This document shows, one piece after another, positions 1 through 9,270 of a DNA stretch of 33,942 nt. The notes beneath the pieces were generated by a model. The model was not told where the DNA came from. It searched no databases and worked only from the letters and a program-made list of their open reading frames with translations. This DNA is from Lachnospiraceae bacterium (GTDB lineage: Bacteria > Bacillota > Clostridia > Lachnospirales > Lachnospiraceae): NCBI GenBank assembly GCA_024684155.1, contig JAIKXK010000265.1, positions 1 to 33,942 on the forward strand. Reading direction: 5' to 3'. The stretch's first letter is position 1, and every line of letters begins with the position of its first letter. The translations under genes and the position numbers were made by a program.

Positions 1-1
1 G

Positions 2-142
2 GCAAGAAAAATGATGCATATTCCTTTTGATGCACCGACAGAAGAACAAAGAATTTTACGTAATAAATTAATTCAATATGGATTATTTGGTGTAACTTAT
101 ACAAGTAATCCAGATTTTTTTAATGAAAAAAAAGACCAATAG
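2..142 (+). CDS. 3' end of an upstream gene cut by the window edge (46 codons, product unknown)
   Basis: Frame 2 is open from the window edge to TAG 140-142 (...HIPFDAPTEEQRILRNKLIQYGLFGVTYTSNPDFFNEKKDQ*). It overlaps the ATG at 123 by 20 nt, consistent with the operon packing seen elsewhere. No recognisable motif. Confidence 0.4.
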   Translation, partial: ARKMMHIPFDAPTEEQRILRNKLIQYGLFGVTYTSNPDFFNEKKDQ

Positions 143-1001
143 GTCCAAACTGTATGAGGCTTTTATGATATCAGTTATTTTATTTGGAGAAAATAAAAAA
201 AGTTTAGAAAAGCAGACTTTAAAGGACATAGAAATTATTTCTGTAGGAGCGGAGGATATTTCTGCCAGAAATAAGGCTTTAAAGGAAGTAAAGGGAGAAT
301 ATGTAACCTTTGTCTCTGCGAAGGATGAATTGGCACCTGATTATTTAGAATATTTAACAAAGGGAATGGTAGGAGCGCATCTTAGTGTTTGTGGATATAA
401 CATAGAAGAAGATGGGAAATGTTTATATGAAACTCCTGAAAGCGTTCCTCGAATGATGAGTGGAGAAGATATGCAGTGCAGGTTGTTTTATCAGTATCAC
501 TATCAGGGATATCTGCAAAATAAAATGTTCCGCCGCCAAATCATTCAGTCGAAACACCTTTTGTTTGATGAGACGCTAGAAGAAAATGGGGATTTCTTGT
601 TTTTGATGCAGTATCTTCGTTATGCAAAGCTTGTTCGATTACAGCCGGAAGTGAAGTATCACTTTCATCCATATCAGGGTTTAAAGAAGAGTACTAAGAG
701 TGATGCTATGATGAAGATTTCTGAGACCGAAGGGTATTTGCGTTGCCTAAAAGAACTTCCAAAACGAAGTGATGCTATGTGGTTGGGAGAACAAACGGCA
801 GCGGGCAGTGCTTTAATGGCTTATGAAGCGATGGAAATTGAGGCCAGGAAAAAGAACGATCCTGAATTATTTGTAAAGAGCAGCATGAAAAAGATGGCAA
901 AAAAATGTCTCAAGTTAGATTATGAAATAGAAGATGAGGAAGAGGAACAGTTGTTTTTGGGATTGTTAGAATATTCGAAAACGGGAAAAGTTCTGTTATA
1001 G
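123..1001 (+). CDS. Degenerate GT2-like glycosyltransferase homologue (possibly non-catalytic)
   Basis: ISVILFGEN..DIEIISVGAED..ARNKALKEVKGEYVTFVSAKDEL aligns by eye with the GT2 pattern ISVIIPxYN..EIIxVDDGS..ARNxGxxxAxGEYixFxDSDD. However, DDGS is replaced by GAED, DSDD by SAKD, and about 20 residues between them are missing. The later ...NKMFRRQII...FDETLEENGDFLF matches the GT2 acceptor half. An alternative start is ATG 165 (MISVILF). Confidence 0.6.
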   Translation: MKKKTNRSKLYEAFMISVILFGENKKSLEKQTLKDIEIISVGAEDISARNKALKEVKGEYVTFVSAKDELAPDYLEYLTKGMVGAHLSVCGYNIEEDGKCLYETPESVPRMMSGEDMQCRLFYQYHYQGYLQNKMFRRQIIQSKHLLFDETLEENGDFLFLMQYLRYAKLVRLQPEVKYHFHPYQGLKKSTKSDAMMKISETEGYLRCLKELPKRSDAMWLGEQTAAGSALMAYEAMEIEARKKNDPELFVKSSMKKMAKKCLKLDYEIEDEEEEQLFLGLLEYSKTGKVLL

Positions 1002-1010
1002 GATGAGTAT

Positions 1011-2465
1011 ATGATATTAATGAGTGCAAGTGGATATGATACTATCTTTCGACTCTATATAGTGGTGGGGCTAATTGTATTAGCTTTAGCAGCATTTTTT
1101 GTTTATAAAAAGATTTCTGGAGATAAAATATTTCTTTTTTTAATCTTGGGAGTAGGCAGTGTTTTGCTATTTGTAGAACCGATATTTGCAACTCCAGATG
1201 AACCATTACACTATGCCAATGCTTACCAAATATCCAGTTTTTTTTATGGAGAGGAATTTGGAGTAGGATATAGTACAAGACGTACCATAGATTGGCTGCC
1301 ACCTTATAAAGATAGTGAATTGACAAAAGAGGGGTATGATCGATATGTCTCTTCTTTTGGAGGAAATCAGGATAAAAGTACATATGTATTTTTTGATAAT
1401 TATGCCACCGGATCAAGTAAATTATTATACCTGTTTTCTGGGGTAGGCGTTACTTTGGCAAGAGTGTTTCAAACAAGTTTTGGAACTCTTTCCATAATGG
1501 GAGCCTTAGGCAATCTATTGTTTTACGCCTTTATGCTTTATTACAGTGCAAAGATAATCCCTGTAGGAAAACGTGTGATTTATGTGTTGGGACTAATGCC
1601 TATGTGTATGCAACAGGCGACTTCTTATTCCTATGATGCGGTGCTTATACCATGTGCTATATTGATTATAGCCATGGCATTACGAGTCTCGCAAGATAAG
1701 GCATTTCGTTTACGATGGTGGGATATTCTTTTCGCAGGATTTAGTTTTCTTGTTTTGTTTGTGGCAAAGGGAAAAGCATATTTCCCAATAGCAATCGCAG
1801 CGGGGATTATTATCTTTAAAAAGTCTTGGCTGGATAAAAAATATAAGAAATACTGGTTAGCCATAGGTAGCGTAGCAGTAATGGGAATTGTGGTATTCTT
1901 TTGTGTTTTACATGGAGGAGAACGAATCCTTGGGTTATTACATATGGAGCCAACAATCAACCGGAGCGGAAATCTTTCCTATGCGCCTATTTATTACTTT
2001 ACTCATATAAAAGAGACTTTTTCGATTTTTTCAAATACTCTTACAACAAGAGGAAGTGATTATCTTTATGAAATGGTTGGGGGAAAATTAGGATGGCTTC
2101 AGGTTTGGTTACATCCTGTGCTAATGAAATTGATCATGTTACTACTGATGCTTTCTTGCATACGAAGACCAGAGGAAAAGTCCTTACCCATCATAAAGCG
2201 AATATTAGTAACTGGATGCGCTTTTTTTGCAATTCTTCTTCCTATGTTTGCAATGTTAATTTTTGAGACGGAAAAAACATCAGTTGTGATTGAGGGATTT
2301 CAGGGACGATATATGCTGCCAAGTGTGTTGCCATTTTGTATATCCGTGTTTTTTTGGAAGAAACCACTTCTTTCCACGGAAAAAATAAAGGATGTATATT
2401 TTGCAGTCGTGGCTGGAATACTTTTGTATATATCTTATATAGATTTTTTAGTAAAAATAACATAA
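1011..2465 (+). CDS. Polytopic membrane protein, DUF2142/GT-C-like (putative extracytoplasmic glycosyltransferase)
   Basis: 484 aa with about 12 hydrophobic segments. A KKISGDK loop (inside by the positive-inside rule) is followed by TM2 and then a PDEPLH acidic motif (1194-1211) opening a large loop. AGGA lies 7 nt upstream of the ATG. The gene sits directly upstream of glf. Confidence 0.55.
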   Translation: MILMSASGYDTIFRLYIVVGLIVLALAAFFVYKKISGDKIFLFLILGVGSVLLFVEPIFATPDEPLHYANAYQISSFFYGEEFGVGYSTRRTIDWLPPYKDSELTKEGYDRYVSSFGGNQDKSTYVFFDNYATGSSKLLYLFSGVGVTLARVFQTSFGTLSIMGALGNLLFYAFMLYYSAKIIPVGKRVIYVLGLMPMCMQQATSYSYDAVLIPCAILIIAMALRVSQDKAFRLRWWDILFAGFSFLVLFVAKGKAYFPIAIAAGIIIFKKSWLDKKYKKYWLAIGSVAVMGIVVFFCVLHGGERILGLLHMEPTINRSGNLSYAPIYYFTHIKETFSIFSNTLTTRGSDYLYEMVGGKLGWLQVWLHPVLMKLIMLLLMLSCIRRPEEKSLPIIKRILVTGCAFFAILLPMFAMLIFETEKTSVVIEGFQGRYMLPSVLPFCISVFFWKKPLLSTEKIKDVYFAVVAGILLYISYIDFLVKIT

Positions 2466-2476
2466 AGGAGAATAAA

Positions 2477-3592
2477 ATGAAATACGATTATTTAGTAGTT
2501 GGAGCAGGATTGTTTGGGGCAGTATTTGCATATGAAGCAAAGAAAAAAGGGAAAAAAGTTCTTGTTATAGATAAGAGAAATCATATTGCAGGTAATATTT
2601 ACACAGAAAAAAGAAGTGATATTAATGTTCATGTATATGGGGCTCATATTTTTCACACGAATGAGAAATCAACTTGGGAATATGTAAATCAGTTTGCAGA
2701 GTTTAACAACTATATTAACTCACCAATTGCCCGCTATAAGGACGAATTATATAATCTACCTTTTAATATGAATACATTTTCGAAGATGTGGAATATTAAA
2801 ACTCCTCAAGAGGCAAAGGATAAGATCGCGTCTCAGATTGCGGAATTAAATATTACAGAACCAAAGAATTTAGAGGAACAGGCACTTTCTTTAGCAGGAC
2901 GTGATGTATATGAAAAGCTAGTAAAGGGCTATACAGAAAAACAGTGGGGAAGAAGCTGTAGTGAGTTACCAGCTTTTATTATTAAGCGTTTACCACTACG
3001 TTTTACCTTTGATAATAATTATTTCAATGCTCGTTATCAGGGAATTCCAATGGGTGGCTACACTCAGATTGTTGAGAAAATGTTAGATGGGATTGAAGTA
3101 AGAACAAGTGAAGATTTCTTTGATGTAAAGAAGACAGGAAAACTTTCTGATGGCACGGAAGTAGAATATGACAAAATTTTATTTACAGGTCAGATTGATG
3201 AATACTATGATTCCTGCTTTGGACCTTTGGAATATCGTTCTGTTCGATTTGAAACAGAAGAATTAGAGGAAGAAAATTATCAGGGGAATGCAGTTGTAAA
3301 TTACACAGAAAGAGAAGTTCCATATACTCGAATTATTGAACATAAGCACTTCGAGTTTGGAACACAGCCTACAACGATTATTTCTAGAGAATATTCTTCT
3401 GAGTGGAAGCCAGGGGTAGAACCATATTATCCGGTGAATAATGAAAAGAATAATGCGTTATATGAAAAGTATGCTTCTCTTGCAGCAAAGGAAGAAAATG
3501 TAATTTTTGGTGGCCGTTTGGGACAGTATAAATACTACGATATGGATAAAGTAATTGAAGCTGCCTTAGAGTGCGTGAAGGAAAATTTGTAA
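2477..3592 (+). CDS. glf: UDP-galactopyranose mutase
   Basis: MKYDYLVVGAGLFGAVFAYEA (FAD GxGxxG), VLVIDKRNHIAGN, HVYGAHIFHTN, YNLPFNMNTF and GRLGQYKYYDMD are classic Glf motifs, and the 371-aa length fits. AAGGAG at 2465-2470 supports ATG 2477 rather than the ORF-track start at 2336, which overlaps the previous gene. Confidence 0.93.
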   Translation: MKYDYLVVGAGLFGAVFAYEAKKKGKKVLVIDKRNHIAGNIYTEKRSDINVHVYGAHIFHTNEKSTWEYVNQFAEFNNYINSPIARYKDELYNLPFNMNTFSKMWNIKTPQEAKDKIASQIAELNITEPKNLEEQALSLAGRDVYEKLVKGYTEKQWGRSCSELPAFIIKRLPLRFTFDNNYFNARYQGIPMGGYTQIVEKMLDGIEVRTSEDFFDVKKTGKLSDGTEVEYDKILFTGQIDEYYDSCFGPLEYRSVRFETEELEEENYQGNAVVNYTEREVPYTRIIEHKHFEFGTQPTTIISREYSSEWKPGVEPYYPVNNEKNNALYEKYASLAAKEENVIFGGRLGQYKYYDMDKVIEAALECVKENL

Positions 3593-3669
3593 AGATTGGA
3601 TATATTTACGATTTTATGTTTTAATAAAGGGTGGCAGATTTAGAAAAAACAGGAAAAAGAGGACGTAGA

Positions 3670-4599
3670 ATGAAAAAGAAAATTGCCGTATTAATCCCTT
3701 GTTTCAATGAAAGTGTTACCATTGAAAAGGTAGTAAGGGATTATAAGAGGGCGTTGCCTGAAGCAGATATTTATGTATACGACAATAATTCAACAGATCA
3801 TACAGATGAAATCGCAAGAAAGGCTGGAGCCATTGTACGTTATGAAAGACGTCAGGGAAAAGGAAATGTAATACGCAGTATGTTCCAGCAAGTAGATGCT
3901 GATTGTTATTTGATGATTGATGGAGACGACACTTATCCTGCAGAAAATGCAAGAGAAATGTGTGAGTATGTTTTAAATGATGGTGTTGATATGGTAATTG
4001 GCGACCGTTTATCTTCTACATATTTTACAGAGAATAAACGAGCCTTTCATAATTTCGGAAATGTCTTAGTTCGAAAACTGATTAATGGATTATTTCATAG
4101 CAATGTAAAGGACATTATGACAGGCTATCGAGCATTTAGTAAAACTTTTGTAAAGTCCTTCCCTGTTCTTTCAAAGGGATTTGAGATTGAAACAGAAATG
4201 ACTATTCATGCTCTAGATAAGAATTTCAATTTAAAAGAAATACCAGTTACTTATAGAGACAGACCAGAAGGAAGTGAATCGAAGTTAAATACCTTTAGCG
4301 ATGGGTTCAAAGTTCTTAGAACCATTGCTTCCTTGTGCAGAGATTATAAACCACTATTTTTCTTTACAATATTGGCACTGTTATTCTTTGCAGTGGGGAT
4401 GATACTGTTTATCCCGGTATTCTCTGAATATTTAAGTACAGGATTGGTACTTCGATTCCCTACGTTGTTTGTGTCTTGTATGAGTTTTATTATAGCAATG
4501 CTTATGTATGTCTGTGGACTAATCTTAAGTGTAATAGCAAAGAAACATCGACAGTTGTTTGAACTATATTTATATCAGTTAGAAAAAACGGAGGAATAA
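3670..4599 (+). CDS. Polyprenyl-phosphate glycosyltransferase (GT2, GtrB/CsbB/Ppm1-like, two C-terminal TM helices)
   Basis: [38 protein letters not shown] form the GT2 catalytic core. Two C-terminal hydrophobic helices follow ([23 protein letters not shown] and [27 protein letters not shown]). ATG 3670 is preceded by AGAGGA; the ORF-track GTG 3631 start looks like an over-extension. Confidence 0.75.
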   Translation: MKKKIAVLIPCFNESVTIEKVVRDYKRALPEADIYVYDNNSTDHTDEIARKAGAIVRYERRQGKGNVIRSMFQQVDADCYLMIDGDDTYPAENAREMCEYVLNDGVDMVIGDRLSSTYFTENKRAFHNFGNVLVRKLINGLFHSNVKDIMTGYRAFSKTFVKSFPVLSKGFEIETEMTIHALDKNFNLKEIPVTYRDRPEGSESKLNTFSDGFKVLRTIASLCRDYKPLFFFTILALLFFAVGMILFIPVFSEYLSTGLVLRFPTLFVSCMSFIIAMLMYVCGLILSVIAKKHRQLFELYLYQLEKTEE

Positions 4600-4601
4600 A
4601 A

Positions 4602-5480
4602 ATGAAGGGTATTATTTTAGCAGGTGGTAGTGGTACAAGACTTTATCCACTTACAAAGGCAATTTCAAAACAGATTATGCCTATTTATGACAAACCAATG
4701 ATTTATTATCCATTGTCTACTTTAATGTTGGCTGGAATTAGGGAAGTGCTTATTATATCAACTCCTAGAGATTTGCCAGTATTTGAAGAACTTTTAGGGG
4801 ATGGAAGCCAACTTGGAATGGAGATTTCCTATGCAGTGCAAGAGGCACCAAATGGTTTGGCAGAGGCTTTCATTATTGGCGCCGACTTTATTGGAGATGA
4901 TGCAGTCGCATTAGTATTAGGAGATAACATCTTCTATGGACAGAGCTTTTCAAAGGTGCTTCGCCAAACGGCAGAACGTACAGAGAACAATGCGGGAGCT
5001 ACTATTTTTGGTTACTATGTTCGCGATCCAAGAGAATATGGTGTAGTTGAATTTGATGAAGAAGGAACTGCAATTTCTATTGAAGAAAAACCGGAACATC
5101 CAAAGTCAAATTATGCAGTTCCAGGTTTATATTTCTATGACAATGATGTTGTAAAGATTGCGAAGTCTATTCAGCCATCTGCTCGTGGAGAATTAGAAAT
5201 TACTGCAGTAAATAATGCATACCTTGAAAGAGGAGATTTACATGTTGAAACTTTAGGCCGTGGATTTGCCTGGCTTGATACAGGAAATCATGATATGTTA
5301 CTTGCAGCTGCGAACTTTGTTTCAACTTTCCAAAAGAGACAGGGACTTTACATTTCTTGTATTGAAGAAATTGCTTATAAACGTGGATTCATTGACAAAG
5401 ATCAGCTTTTAAAATTGGCAGAACCATTAATGAAGACAGAGTATGGAAAATATCTTGTGGAAGTAGCAGAAGGTTTATAA
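4602..5480 (+). CDS. rfbA: Glucose-1-phosphate thymidylyltransferase
   Basis: [49 protein letters not shown] and the C-terminal [10 protein letters not shown] are canonical RmlA. GGAGGA lies upstream. Confidence 0.95.
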   Translation: MKGIILAGGSGTRLYPLTKAISKQIMPIYDKPMIYYPLSTLMLAGIREVLIISTPRDLPVFEELLGDGSQLGMEISYAVQEAPNGLAEAFIIGADFIGDDAVALVLGDNIFYGQSFSKVLRQTAERTENNAGATIFGYYVRDPREYGVVEFDEEGTAISIEEKPEHPKSNYAVPGLYFYDNDVVKIAKSIQPSARGELEITAVNNAYLERGDLHVETLGRGFAWLDTGNHDMLLAAANFVSTFQKRQGLYISCIEEIAYKRGFIDKDQLLKLAEPLMKTEYGKYLVEVAEGL

Positions 5481-5483
5481 GAT

Positions 5484-7043
5484 ATGGGAATCATTCGTCG
5501 TGGATTGGCGTTTTGTAAAAAAGTTTATAAGTTTGGACCAGACAATGCCATAAAAGGTAGAAAAATTCGAATTGATTATTTGAAGCATAATTATAATCCT
5601 TTTTCTCATACAAAGATCCAGGAACAATATTTAAAGAGGGCAATTACAAATTGTAAACTAGACTTTACGGTTATCATACTTGGAGATGAGAATGAAAAAA
5701 CCTATGAGTCTGTTAAAGCTCAGCTTATAAAGCCAAAAGACATTCTTTATGGGAAAACCTTAACGAACATAAATGAGATAGCTAAGAAGGAAGAAACAGA
5801 CTATATAGTGATTCTTCCTTCCGGCTGTTTATTAAGTGATGTTTATTTGGCAAATATTGCTATGAGATTACAGGATGAATCAAGGGTGTGCCCAAAACTT
5901 ATTTATACTGATTCTATGGATTTTAAAGGGAATTATTTCTTTAAATCCGATTACGGTCCAGATAGTTTAAGTGCTCAAAACTATATTGGAAACATATTTG
6001 CAGTAAATCGAGAAGCCTTTCTAAAAGAGGGAGGATTCCAAAAAGATGATATAGATTCGGGAATACATGAATTTTTATTATCTTTTACAAAGACTGCTTT
6101 TGAGGATATAGAAAAAGAAGAAGAAATTATGCATATTACTTCTCCACTAGATTATTATCCGACCTTTGAATTAGAAATAGTGCCGTTTTCTTATGAGATT
6201 CAAAATCATCCAAAGATCTCTATTCTTATTCCAAACAAGGATAATAAGGAAGTACTAAAAACATGTATAGATTCTGTTTTGACGAAATCCACATATGATA
6301 ATTATGAAATAATAATTATTGAAAATAATAGTGAACAACAGGAAACTTTTGATTATTATGAATCCTTAACGGATGAAAGGATCAAGGTAATTACCTGTGT
6401 TACGGATTGGAATTATTCTTATATAAACAATTATGGATTAAAGTCTGTAACTGGTGAATATGTTATATTTTTAAATAACGATACAGAGGTGATTTCTTCA
6501 GATTGGATGGAGCAAATGTTGTATTTTGCGCAGAGAAAGGATGTGGGTGCTGTAGGAGCAAAACTTTTATACCCAGATCATACCATTCAACATGGAGGTG
6601 TAACCCTTGGAATTCGAGGAATTGCAGGCCATGCGTTTTTAGGATTTCCTGAAGAATCAAAGGGATATATGAATCGATTGATTTGTGTGCAAAATGTATC
6701 AGCTGTTACTGCAGCCTGCATGATGGTGAAAAAAACCATTCTTGATGAGGTCAAAGGATTTGATGAGGATTTTGCAGTTGCTTTTAATGATGTTGATTTA
6801 TGTATGAGAATTCGTAAATTGGGATATCGTATCGTAATGAATCCGCATGCAAGACTCTTTCATTATGAATCAAAAAGTCGAGGGCATGATGAAAATAATG
6901 CAGAAAAATTAAAGCGGTTTAACCGTGAATGTGATCGATTCGGAAAGCGTTGGTATCCTGAGTTAATGGGAATAGATCCCTATTATAATAGAAATTTAAC
7001 CATGTCTGCGGATGATTTTTCCTATGCAGATATTTATGAATAA
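5484..7043 (+). CDS. Two-module GT2 glycosyltransferase (divergent N-terminal module plus canonical C-terminal GT2)
   Basis: The C-terminal module has ISILIPNKDN..YEIIIIENNS..GEYVIFLNNDTEV..DVGAVGAKLLYPDHTIQHGG..AVTAACMMV..DEDFAVAFNDVDLCMRIR..HYESKSRG. The N-terminal module has FTVIILGDEN..DYIVILPSG..LIYTDSMDF..YGPDSLSAQNYIGNIF, the YxDxD..KPD..NYIG pattern of many O-antigen GT2s. Confidence 0.8.
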   Translation: MGIIRRGLAFCKKVYKFGPDNAIKGRKIRIDYLKHNYNPFSHTKIQEQYLKRAITNCKLDFTVIILGDENEKTYESVKAQLIKPKDILYGKTLTNINEIAKKEETDYIVILPSGCLLSDVYLANIAMRLQDESRVCPKLIYTDSMDFKGNYFFKSDYGPDSLSAQNYIGNIFAVNREAFLKEGGFQKDDIDSGIHEFLLSFTKTAFEDIEKEEEIMHITSPLDYYPTFELEIVPFSYEIQNHPKISILIPNKDNKEVLKTCIDSVLTKSTYDNYEIIIIENNSEQQETFDYYESLTDERIKVITCVTDWNYSYINNYGLKSVTGEYVIFLNNDTEVISSDWMEQMLYFAQRKDVGAVGAKLLYPDHTIQHGGVTLGIRGIAGHAFLGFPEESKGYMNRLICVQNVSAVTAACMMVKKTILDEVKGFDEDFAVAFNDVDLCMRIRKLGYRIVMNPHARLFHYESKSRGHDENNAEKLKRFNRECDRFGKRWYPELMGIDPYYNRNLTMSADDFSYADIYE

Positions 7044-7053
7044 GAGGTAGAGT

Positions 7054-8034
7054 ATGGATGCATCCATTGTGATCCCTGTAAAAAACGGGGGTAAACGTTT
7101 TGAAGATGTATTAAAAATGATATTTGCTCAAACTACAAATTACACCTATGAAGTGATTTGTGTTGATTCTGGTTCCTCTGACGATTCTGTGGCAGTGGCT
7201 AAGAAATATGGAGCAGATGTATATGAAATTCCACCAGAGGAATTTGGACATGGGAAGACAAGAAATTATGGGGCTTCTCTTGGAACGGGTGAGTTTATTA
7301 TATTCTTAACCCAGGATGCAACCCCTGCATCAGTTCATTGGCTGGACGCCATGATTGATGCCATGAAGTTGGATGAACAAATTGCAGGAGGATTCGGAAA
7401 ACATCTTCCATATGGAGATTGCAATCCACCAGATCGCCAGATGTTAGAAAATCATTTTGGACGATATGGAAATGAAAACTTTATTCATGAACTAACAGAA
7501 GATAAAAAGCAGCAATATTTTGAGGATGAAGGATATCGCCAGTATTTAAGTTTTTTTTCTGACAATTGTTCCTGTTTGCGTAGAAGTGTATGGGAGAAAA
7601 TCCCTTACGATGATACGGATTTTTCAGAAGATCAGATATGGGCTAGAAAAATATTAGAAGCTGGATATAAAAAGGTTTATGTGCCAGAGGGGGCGGTATA
7701 CCACTCCCACAATTATCCCATCAGTACCTATGGTCAAAGATATTATGATGAGTTTAAAGCACTATATCGGGTGCAACAGGCTTCTTTTTGTCCAGATTTA
7801 AAAACTTATATTCGAAGAGTATTAGGTGATACAAGATACCAGTGCAGTTATATAAAGCATTGTGGCGATTATAAAGCAATGGAAAAAATCAAATGGTATT
7901 TTTATTGTTTGAGAAGAAATATGATTCGATATGAGGCGGCCCATCGAGCAGTACAGTACTTCTCTTTGAGCGAGGAAAAGCAAAAGAAAATGGATGAGAA
8001 ATATTCTCAACAATTAAAGCAGATTAAAGGGTAA
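7054..8034 (+). CDS. GT2 family glycosyltransferase (rhamnosyltransferase-like)
   Basis: ASIVIPVKNGG..YEVICVDSGSSDDS..FGHGKTRNYGA..GEFIIFLTQDA..SDNCSCLRR..FSEDQIWA is the GT2 Rossmann core with the TQDA variant seen in rhamnosyltransferase-type GT2s. AAGAGG lies 6 nt upstream. Confidence 0.75.
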   Translation: MDASIVIPVKNGGKRFEDVLKMIFAQTTNYTYEVICVDSGSSDDSVAVAKKYGADVYEIPPEEFGHGKTRNYGASLGTGEFIIFLTQDATPASVHWLDAMIDAMKLDEQIAGGFGKHLPYGDCNPPDRQMLENHFGRYGNENFIHELTEDKKQQYFEDEGYRQYLSFFSDNCSCLRRSVWEKIPYDDTDFSEDQIWARKILEAGYKKVYVPEGAVYHSHNYPISTYGQRYYDEFKALYRVQQASFCPDLKTYIRRVLGDTRYQCSYIKHCGDYKAMEKIKWYFYCLRRNMIRYEAAHRAVQYFSLSEEKQKKMDEKYSQQLKQIKG

Positions 8035-8037
8035 ACA

Positions 8038-9255
8038 ATGAGTGTAAAAAGAAAAGTTAGAACAATAATTGAAAATTTTGTGGGGAAGTATGGATATTCT
8101 TTGGTAAAAGATAATCCATATGGGGAAGATATTACAATGAGCCAGCGTTATCCCTGGATTGTGGATCGAAAAGAAATTCCTTTCGATAAAGAAGCCTTTC
8201 AAAACCGAGGGGAGAAAATAACACTTTCCTGGGTAATTCCAAATTTAGGACCGGGCTCTGGCGGACATTTAGATATTATTCGAGCAATCCATATTTTGCA
8301 CACCATGGGAATAAAGAATCGAATTTATATTTACAATGGAAATGAGAATACACCTTCTCATGAATTAAAAAACGCTGTAAAAGAATTTTATGGCTATGAC
8401 TTGGAAGATGACGAAATATATGCATCTACAAAGATGATGACCTATACAGATGGCGTAATCGCCACTTCGTGGCAGACCGCCTATATTGTTCGTAATTTTA
8501 ATAACTGCATTACAAAATTTTATTTTGTTCAGGATTATGAGCCATATTTTTATCCTATTGGTTCAGAATATGCCTTTGCAGAAAATACTTATAAATTTGG
8601 TTTTAGAGGAATTACTGCAGGGGGATGGCTTGAAAAAAAATTACATGATGATTATGGAATGAAAACAAAGGGATTTTCTTTTTCTTATGAAAGAAATCTT
8701 TATCATAAAATTGAAAAAAGAGATGATAAAAATCGTATCTTTTTTTATGCAAGACCTTATACAGAACGTCGAGCATTTGAGGTGGGCGTATTAGCTTTTG
8801 AAGAGTTAGCCCGTCGCATGCCAGATGTAGAAATTGTATTAGCAGGTCAGAAGCTAAATGCCTTCAAACTAAATTTCCCTTATGTAGATAAAGGAATTAT
8901 GAAATTAGAAGATTTATGTGATTTGTATTCTCAGTGTGATATGTGCGTTGTGCTTTCCATGACAAATCTTTCTTTATTACCAATGGAGGTAATGGCTTCA
9001 AATTCAGTGGTTGTTAGTAACAGAGGAGATAATAATGCCTGGTTATTGAATGAGGAAAATTCAGTACTGGTAGATACAGATCCTATGGAAATTGCAGACC
9101 GTTTGGAATACTTCCTTAAGCATAAGGAAGAGCTGGCGATTCGAAGAGAAAATGGTTTGAAAGAAGTAGAAAAATACACCTGGGAAGGTGAAATAAAAAA
9201 GGTATATGACTTTGTTAATGAGTGCATTAATGAGGATATGCAAAAGTATTTATAA
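8038..9255 (+). CDS. GT-B fold glycosyltransferase, WsaF-like (putative rhamnosyltransferase)
   Basis: LSWVIPNLGPGSGGHLDIIRAIHILHTMG near the N-terminus, FFYARPYTERRAFEVGVLA and a C-terminal ...LSLLPMEVMASNSVVV.. (the E-x7-E region of retaining/inverting GT-B enzymes) match my recollection of the WsaF rhamnosyltransferase family of the Geobacillus S-layer glycan cluster. Confidence 0.6.
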   Translation: MSVKRKVRTIIENFVGKYGYSLVKDNPYGEDITMSQRYPWIVDRKEIPFDKEAFQNRGEKITLSWVIPNLGPGSGGHLDIIRAIHILHTMGIKNRIYIYNGNENTPSHELKNAVKEFYGYDLEDDEIYASTKMMTYTDGVIATSWQTAYIVRNFNNCITKFYFVQDYEPYFYPIGSEYAFAENTYKFGFRGITAGGWLEKKLHDDYGMKTKGFSFSYERNLYHKIEKRDDKNRIFFYARPYTERRAFEVGVLAFEELARRMPDVEIVLAGQKLNAFKLNFPYVDKGIMKLEDLCDLYSQCDMCVVLSMTNLSLLPMEVMASNSVVVSNRGDNNAWLLNEENSVLVDTDPMEIADRLEYFLKHKEELAIRRENGLKEVEKYTWEGEIKKVYDFVNECINEDMQKYL

Positions 9256-9270
9256 AAAAGGAGAAACCTT

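Noticed and set aside
999-1013. An in-frame stop between the degenerate GT2 (123-1001) and the membrane protein (1011-2465), as evidence of a split gene
   Set aside because: The two products belong to unrelated classes (a soluble GT2-like protein and a polytopic membrane protein) and an RBS precedes 1011. Sharing a frame is expected by chance one time in three.
2336-2476. N-terminal extensions proposed by the ORF track for glf (2336), the GtrB-like GT2 (3631), adaptor 2 (22878) and LCP (29782)
   Set aside because: The extensions overlap the preceding gene or lack an RBS, and they add residues that do not match the family N-termini. Internal ATGs at 2477, 3670, 22926 and 29839 have good Shine-Dalgarno sequences and canonical N-termini.
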